Both the position numbers and the translations under genes were made by a program. A DNA stretch of 64,000 nucleotides from Pseudomonadota bacterium. Its GTDB lineage: Bacteria; Bdellovibrionota_F; JAHFAK01; JBDREC01. Positions within the stretch are counted from its first letter, which is position 1. Every line of letters starts with the position of its first letter. The DNA is taken from the NCBI GenBank assembly GCA_043820105.1, contig JBDREC010000041.1, positions 1-64,000 of the forward strand. The letters run 5' to 3'. The notes below the pieces were generated by a model. That model was not told the DNA's origin and made no database searches. It worked only from the letters and a program-made list of their open reading frames with translations. This document shows, piece by piece, positions 58,036 to 64,000 of this stretch.

Positions 58036-59649
58036 TTAATGCCTAAAGTGTCTCATTCCAGTCATAAACATTGATATTCCAAGTTCATCACATTTCTTAA
58101 TAACTGCCCTATCCTTAATTGACCCCCCTGGTTGAACAACTGTTTTAATTCCATATTCATTCATTATTTCTATGTTATCTGGAAAAGGGAAAAAGGCATC
58201 TGAAATTAAAACAATTCTTTCTAGCTCTTCTTTTTTATAAGCTTCAAATTCAGTTTCAGGGCCAGTAAATTCATTCTTAAGATTTTCAAGCATCCTATCA
58301 AGTGACAGTCTAACTGAATTTACTCGATTTGGCTGGCCTGCACCAATTCCAAGCAGTTGAAAGTAATTATTATTTTTAAATTTTCTTATAACAACTATTG
58401 CATTTGATTTAACGGATCTGCAAGCTTTTAGACCAAACTCAATAAACTCTTTTGTTAGGATATCACATTCTCTTTTAGTAACTAAGGTTAGATCCTTTAA
58501 AAGTTCATTATCAGAATCTTGCAAAAGCAAAGTTCCATTTAAAAATTTATAATCTGCTTTCATATTTGAAGAAAGCGGATCAAGCTTAATAATTCTTAAG
58601 CCTTTATGAAGCTTAAGATATTCAAGGGTCTCATCAGCATAAGATGGGGCAATAATTACTTCAACAAATTTTCTTTTAAACTTATCTTCATGATCAAGCT
58701 CTAAGAACTTTGCAGTTTCAAGTTTTAGTGGTTTATTAAAAGCAATAATTGATCCAAAGGCTGAAACTGGATCAGAAGCCCAGGCTTTTTCAAATACTTC
58801 CAGCTGATCATCTCCTTCACATAAGCCACAGGGATTAGTATGTTTAATGATAGCACATCCAAAGCGATCTAAATCCTTGCAGGCATATATAGCACCATCA
58901 ATATCAACAATATTATTATAAGAAAGCTCCTTTCCACCAAGAATTTCCATATCAAAAAGAGAATTTTCAAAATCATTTTGTTTGTAAAACATTGCTTCTT
59001 GATGTGGATTTTCACCATATCTTAATTTCATACCTTTTGAGAATGAAAGCCTTTTTGAATAAACACCAAAGCGCTGGTCTAGGGTTTCTGCAATCATTGA
59101 ATCATAATCAGCTGTATGGTTAAAGGCAAGTCTAGCTAACTTCTCTTTAGTTTCTAAAGATAAAGATCCTGCGTTTTTGTTAAGCTCAAATATGATATTT
59201 TCATACTGAGCAGGATCTGTAAGACAGGCAACAAATTTATAATTTTTAGCAGCAGCCCGAATCATTGTAGGTCCACCAATATCAATATTTTCAACCAAAG
59301 TATCCAGATCAGCATTTTCATCCCTGTAATTTTTAAAAGGATAGAGATTACAAATCACCATATCTATAGCTTCTATTCCAAGATCACTAGCTTCTTTGGC
59401 ATCATTATCTCTGTGAAATAATATGGCAGATTCTATTTCAAAGGAAATTGTCTTCATCCTGCCTGAAAAGGCTTCAGGATTTCCTGTTACCTTTGATATT
59501 TCAGTGAATCCAATTCCATTTTCTTTTAAAACTTTTCCTGTACCCCCAGTTGATATCAACTCACATCCATTAGCAACGAGAGCCTTAGCTAATGCAACAA
59601 TTCCATCCTTATTAGATACTGACAATAAGGCTTTTTTTATTTTAAGCAT
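58036..59649 (-). CDS. purH: Bifunctional AICAR transformylase / IMP cyclohydrolase
   Basis: ALLSVSNK, STGGT, NLYPF, IDIGGP, RYGENPHQ, IKHTNPCG, SDAFFPF, QPGGS, RHFRH; start revised to 59649 (GGAGG RBS). Confidence 0.97.
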   Translation of the reverse strand: MLKIKKALLSVSNKDGIVALAKALVANGCELISTGGTGKVLKENGIGFTEISKVTGNPEAFSGRMKTISFEIESAILFHRDNDAKEASDLGIEAIDMVICNLYPFKNYRDENADLDTLVENIDIGGPTMIRAAAKNYKFVACLTDPAQYENIIFELNKNAGSLSLETKEKLARLAFNHTADYDSMIAETLDQRFGVYSKRLSFSKGMKLRYGENPHQEAMFYKQNDFENSLFDMEILGGKELSYNNIVDIDGAIYACKDLDRFGCAIIKHTNPCGLCEGDDQLEVFEKAWASDPVSAFGSIIAFNKPLKLETAKFLELDHEDKFKRKFVEVIIAPSYADETLEYLKLHKGLRIIKLDPLSSNMKADYKFLNGTLLLQDSDNELLKDLTLVTKRECDILTKEFIEFGLKACRSVKSNAIVVIRKFKNNNYFQLLGIGAGQPNRVNSVRLSLDRMLENLKNEFTGPETEFEAYKKEELERIVLISDAFFPFPDNIEIMNEYGIKTVVQPGGSIKDRAVIKKCDELGISMFMTGMRHFRH

Positions 59650-59664
59650 GAAACCCTCCAGAAA

Positions 59665-59692
59665 CGTACAGCGTACAGCGTACGGCGTACGG
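59665..59692. repeat. (CGTACAG/CGTACGG)x4
   Basis: Immediately upstream of the purH RBS. Confidence 0.8.
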
Positions 59693-59927
59693 AGTAAATT
59701 TGAAGTTTGAGTTGATTTATATCTAATCATCCTAAAAATAAAAATCAACTTATTATCTTTATAATTTCAATAATTTACAAAAGATTCACAACTTGGATAC
59801 AAAGTTGTCAAAAGACAGCTTAATCTGCTAAAATTATGCCAAGTATTTGCACAGTTTGTAAATGTTAAAAAAAGAGCATTTGTTACTAAGCACTTGTTTG
59901 TATTGAATTATAAACAAAACCGTTAAA

Positions 59928-59944
59928 TTGGTCTAATATTTGCA
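59928..59944 (+). promoter_or_regulatory. Sigma-54 promoter
   Basis: TTGGTCTAATATTTGCA: GG-N10-GC, about 43 bp before ATG 59987. Confidence 0.6.
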
Positions 59945-59986
59945 TATCATATCTTTGATTTATTTTTTTTACTGTGGGAAACATAT

Positions 59987-61000
59987 ATGAAACATACAAA
60001 ATCAAAATTCATAATCATAATCTCAATCTTAATCCTAATTTCATTAATTTCATCAAATAAACTCTTTGCTTTTTCCCCATGCCTTAACTTATTCGGAGCT
60101 AGCATTGAAAAAATAAAAATGGAAAAAAAAGTCCTAATCCACGGTGATATCCATGGTGAACTTTCAGGTTTTCAAGATAATCTAATTAATGAAAATCTTG
60201 TTAATGTTCTAGGCGAATGGATAGCTGAAGATACAACCTTAATAGTAACAGGTGATTTAATTGATAGAGGTCCAAAATCCATAGAAACATACGATTATCT
60301 AATGGACCTTCAGAAACAAGCAAAAGAAAAGAAAAATGGAAGTGAAGTAATTATACTTCTGGGAAATCATGAACAGTATATTTTAAGGGGAATATTTGAT
60401 GTGCTCGTAGAAAGCATAGAAAAACAAGGCACAAATAGATTGATGGCTTTTAACCAGGCATTAAGATTAAGAAATCGTATGATAGATGATGTAATTTCAG
60501 GTAAAATTGTTGGCTCAACAGTAGTTAATGGTGATTTAGTTACACATGCTGGAATGAGGACAGAAATTAGATTAATGTTAAAAGAAGAATTCGCACAACT
60601 TGAAGGAATTCCTGTTGACGAAGTTACAGTTGAACAAATTTCATGGATTCATAATATCAACTGGATAAATGCTGTAGTTAATGAAGATTTTTCCCCTCCA
60701 ATGTTTCAAGCAGATGCCAGACGAGGTGGGGTGGCAAATGTTGGTGGAACAACATGGAATGATGCTCAAGACATTGACACTTCAATGGAAGCATTGATTG
60801 ATTTTGACCAGATTTTTGGACATTCAGCTGCACAAAAAGGAGAAGCCTTAATTAGACTATATCAGGATGGTAGAGGTATTTGCGTGGATGCTGGCCATTA
60901 TGCAGGCAGACGAGCATATGTTATAATGGAAAGTGGTGAAATAATTACAGTTGAAGGCAGTGGTGCTGGATATGAAAGAAAAGTAGTTGGAAAATATTAG
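59987..61000 (+). CDS. Secreted calcineurin-like metallophosphoesterase (PPP/Shewanella-like phosphatase type)
   Basis: Signal peptide; GDIHG, GDLIDRG, GNHE, HAG, FGHS, VDAG. Confidence 0.88.
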   Translation: MKHTKSKFIIIISILILISLISSNKLFAFSPCLNLFGASIEKIKMEKKVLIHGDIHGELSGFQDNLINENLVNVLGEWIAEDTTLIVTGDLIDRGPKSIETYDYLMDLQKQAKEKKNGSEVIILLGNHEQYILRGIFDVLVESIEKQGTNRLMAFNQALRLRNRMIDDVISGKIVGSTVVNGDLVTHAGMRTEIRLMLKEEFAQLEGIPVDEVTVEQISWIHNINWINAVVNEDFSPPMFQADARRGGVANVGGTTWNDAQDIDTSMEALIDFDQIFGHSAAQKGEALIRLYQDGRGICVDAGHYAGRRAYVIMESGEIITVEGSGAGYERKVVGKY

Positions 61001-61123
61001 AGATTGAAATCTTAATAAAATTTCAAATTCAAATTATCAAAAAACTAATAGTAAAATACTTTTGGATTGCTTAATGAGTAAATATATGCACTTTAGTGTT
61101 TTCTATTTTTCAAATGGATTTGA

Positions 61124-61990
61124 ATGGATTGGTTTTTTTATATAATTATAGCCACAGTGTTATATGGTGTTTATAATTTCATTTATAAACTTGCTACAAG
61201 CAAAGGAATATCCAGTTCACAGATAGTGAATAAGGCTGCTATTTCAGTTTCTATATTATCATTTTTAACCATTTTAATTTTAGGGAGTGAATTTGTTGAT
61301 ATTGAATTAATTTTATTTTTTGCTCTTTTAAACTCATCGGCCTTTGCACTTGGTGCTGTTTGCAAAGTTAAAGCTCTTAGTTATATTCCAACATCATATG
61401 TTTTTCCAATTGGCAAAATGAACGCATTTTTAGTTATTATTTTATCAATAGTTTTTCTTGGAGATAGACCAACGATTAATCAATATATTGGATTTTTATT
61501 TATACTTTTAATGATGCTTATTTTATTTTGGGATGTATTTGATAATAGGAAAAATTCTAACTATAAAAATGTTAAACTTGGAATTATGCTTGCTTCTGTT
61601 TCAGCTATTGCAACTGCAGGGTCTATGTTTGTTGGAAAATTTGCATCTACGAGTGTAACAATATTAAATTATATTTTTGTTTCCTACTCTATGGTTGCAA
61701 TTTATACCTACCTTATACCAAAATTTATAAATAGGAATACGCTTTTAGAAAAAACTAGCAAATCAGTATATTTTTATGGTTTTGCAGCTGGACTATTAAA
61801 TTTCATTGGATACTATCTTGTGCTAAAAGCCTTTGCCTGCGGCCCTTTATCTTTAATTCAAGGAATATCAGCAACAGCCCTGGCTATTCCCATCTTTCTA
61901 TCGATTGTATTTCTGAAAGAAAGCTTTAATTTGAAAAAGGGTTTGATTGTTTTATTTGCTTTGATAGCTATTATTTTGATAAAAATTTAG
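61124..61990 (+). CDS. EamA/DMT-family transporter
   Basis: About 10 TM segments in two repeats; SIVFLGD and SIVFLKE motifs. Confidence 0.85.
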   Translation: MDWFFYIIIATVLYGVYNFIYKLATSKGISSSQIVNKAAISVSILSFLTILILGSEFVDIELILFFALLNSSAFALGAVCKVKALSYIPTSYVFPIGKMNAFLVIILSIVFLGDRPTINQYIGFLFILLMMLILFWDVFDNRKNSNYKNVKLGIMLASVSAIATAGSMFVGKFASTSVTILNYIFVSYSMVAIYTYLIPKFINRNTLLEKTSKSVYFYGFAAGLLNFIGYYLVLKAFACGPLSLIQGISATALAIPIFLSIVFLKESFNLKKGLIVLFALIAIILIKI

Positions 61991-62242
61991 TTAAAAGCAA
62001 TTCGACCAAGCCATCTAGAAATAAAATCAATATCTGTTTGAGTTAGAGAATTTTCTTTATCATAATTTTTTTCATTAATATATAGCCTTATAGTCTCAAT
62101 ATCTTGTAGCTTAAAAAGCCAGCATATTCCAGTGTCAGATTAAAAAAACCAGCATATTTTGACACCATAATAAATTATCTTTTGAAACTTCAGACGAACC
62201 TTAACTTTATGATTTCACACTTCATTTTATAAAACATCCTTA

Positions 62243-62259
62243 TTGGCATTATTCTTGCG
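62243..62259 (+). promoter_or_regulatory. Sigma-54 promoter
   Basis: TTGGCATTATTCTTGCG: GG-N10-GC, about 40 bp before ATG 62299. Confidence 0.72.
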
Positions 62260-62298
62260 ATGGATGACTGAGTTATTTCAATAAAGAAGGGGCCTTTA

Positions 62299-62796
62299 AT
62301 GAATTTTAGAAATCTTTTAAGAAAAGTTTGCTTATTTTCTTTAATAAGCTTTAACATTGCAGTTTCAAACCAAACAATTGAAAATCCTGCACAAAGCTTT
62401 TCAAGGTGCAAGCATACACTTGAAAAACAGGGGATCTTCCAATCAAATTACTATGAATGGGTTAATCATTATTGTGAAAATACAACTATTAACGAGCTGG
62501 CAAAAGTAAATAGTTGTGCATATCAATTAAGTGAAATTTACAATGTAGAGAGATTGGATTATGCATATTTTAGATGCTTTCATTTTAATGGAACTAGAAC
62601 AAATGAATTACTAGAATGCACTGATAGCTTAACAAAAATGGGAGTTAGCGGAGAATATGCTTCTTACAGATGTTATCATAATATTTACAGAGAAGATGAG
62701 CTAATATCATGTACAAAATGGACACAGGTCTTAACCTTTGGTGATGCTGAAATTGCATCTTATAGGTGTGCTGGAGTTGATTATAGAATGTGGTGA
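62299..62796 (+). CDS. Secreted Cys-rich internal-repeat protein
   Basis: Signal peptide; four ~30-35-aa units of the form C...L....YA.YRC. Confidence 0.7.
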   Translation: MNFRNLLRKVCLFSLISFNIAVSNQTIENPAQSFSRCKHTLEKQGIFQSNYYEWVNHYCENTTINELAKVNSCAYQLSEIYNVERLDYAYFRCFHFNGTRTNELLECTDSLTKMGVSGEYASYRCYHNIYREDELISCTKWTQVLTFGDAEIASYRCAGVDYRMW

Positions 62797-62883
62797 GATT
62801 GTTGATAGATTAATCTTCTTGAATTTTATTTATTTTCATAGTAAAAATATTTTTTCAATTATTAGAATTAGTTAGGTTTTAAA

Positions 62884-63177
62884 ATGATATATAAAAAACC
62901 ATTCGTAAAATGTCTAACAGGCATAAAGAAAACTGCTTGCTATAATGGTTCATCTGCCTCAGGTGGACTCGCTGACAGTACTTGTGATACTAATGGAATA
63001 TCGCCACACGACACTTGTGGAAATGGCCCGAATAATATTGATGGATATGGCGCTTGCAATGCAAATGGAATTTCAGCGGGAGCTTGTAATAGTAATGGAT
63101 CAGATGTTAGCTTGGCTAACTGCTCAAGCGGAACAAGCGTCTTATCTTGTTTGACCGGTCCTTCAGCAGCTTCCTAA
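62884..63177 (+). CDS. Cys/Gly/Ser/Asn-rich peptide, putative RiPP precursor (YxxP leader, repeated C-x2-3-G)
   Basis: MIYKKP; CYNG, CDTNG, CGNG, CNANG, CNSNG, CSSG, CLTG. Confidence 0.65.
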   Translation: MIYKKPFVKCLTGIKKTACYNGSSASGGLADSTCDTNGISPHDTCGNGPNNIDGYGACNANGISAGACNSNGSDVSLANCSSGTSVLSCLTGPSAAS

Positions 63178-64000
63178 AAAGCCAACTGAAATGCAGCATT
63201 TCCATCTAGAACAAATATCACAGTATTTTCCATATATCCATAACTAGATGGATTTTTTTCATCGGATTTTTCTATAGTTACATTAGCTGCATTATCTAAA
63301 TCATTATCAACAAAAACCTTTGGCAATATTACATCTTCGAAATTAGAAGAATCTATATTCTTGAGCTGCACCATTATAGCTTTATCATAAAGCCCATCAG
63401 CAACAATACTAAAAGCAGCTGTCACAGAATCACCAATAGAATCACCTATCAGATCATCTATAGCAGAAATGGTGACCAAAGTTCCTTCAAGAAAGTTTTC
63501 CGGAGGAATTTCAACAAATAAATCATAAAAAATATTTTCAGGATCATCACAGCTTAAACGATAAGCTCCTGTTCCCAATTCAACTTCTCCACCTTCACAA
63601 ATATCAACTTCTTCAAACTCTACTAATCCATGACCTTCCTTCTTACCATCTGTCTTCTCTCCATCTTTCTTCTCTCCGTCTTTCTTCTCTCCGTCTTTCT
63701 TCTCTAGATCATCCTTTTTCTCTCCATCTTTCTTCTCTCCGTCTTTCTTCTCAAGATCATCTTTCTTCTCTCCATCTTTCTTCTCTAGATCATCCTTTTT
63801 CTCTCCGTCTTTCTTCTCTCCGTCTTTCTTCTCTAGATCATCTTTATTCTCTCCATCTTTCTTCTCTAAACCATCTTTATCCTTACCTTCTTTATCCTTA
63901 TCACTAACAGTCTTATCATCTTCCCCTGTTTTTTGTTTATCGCTACCTCTACCATCATTTTCTCTTACCTTATCTAAAGCATCATTCATACTATCATCAT
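63174..64000 (-). CDS. Partial (5' end outside the window) protein with KKDGE/KKDDLE repeats and a C-terminal beta domain
   Basis: Reading frame is open to the window end; charged low-complexity repeat. Confidence 0.7.
   Translation of the reverse strand, partial: DDSMNDALDKVRENDGRGSDKQKTGEDDKTVSDKDKEGKDKDGLEKKDGENKDDLEKKDGEKKDGEKKDDLEKKDGEKKDDLEKKDGEKKDGEKKDDLEKKDGEKKDGEKKDGEKTDGKKEGHGLVEFEEVDICEGGEVELGTGAYRLSCDDPENIFYDLFVEIPPENFLEGTLVTISAIDDLIGDSIGDSVTAAFSIVADGLYDKAIMVQLKNIDSSNFEDVILPKVFVDNDLDNAANVTIEKSDEKNPSSYGYMENTVIFVLDGNAAFQLAF
63652..63880 (-). repeat. Coding 15/18-bp tandem repeat encoding EKKDG / EKKDDL
   Basis: TCTTTCTTCTCTCCG-type units on +. Confidence 0.9.

Noticed and set aside
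1-64000. tRNA, rRNA, transposase, integrase, prophage or defence genes
   Set aside because: None recognised; intergenic spaces are short, AT-rich or filled by repeats

Overview
An AT-rich bacterial chromosomal segment whose gene content and order suggest an anaerobic, deltaproteobacterial-type organism (inference from the suc/kor/ndk operon and an MXAN_5808-like S41 protease). Housekeeping blocks are sucCD-korDABC-ndk (followed by a PduS/RnfC-like gene), rplM-rpsI, a second 2-oxoacid:ferredoxin oxidoreductase, a DAP cluster (ACT-less lysC, dapB, dapA, dapF, dapD) and a purine operon (purH, purC-purE fusion, DUF523, purB, purD, frameshifted purN, purF). Between them lie many orphan secreted or lipoprotein genes. 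I recognised no rRNA, tRNA, CRISPR array or transposase. Main observations: (1) most gene junctions carry 6-8-bp tandem repeats of several families with a strand rule, G-rich strand just after stop codons and C-rich strand just before starts; (2) seven sigma-54 -24/-12 motifs precede a solitary gspD secretin and orphan, mostly exported proteins; (3) an orphan Cys-rich peptide with a YxxP leader resembles a RiPP precursor; (4) PurC is fused to a class II PurE; (5) an apparently catalytically dead metallopeptidase-like lipoprotein is coupled to a two-component system. All calls come from reading motifs by eye; no database searches were run.
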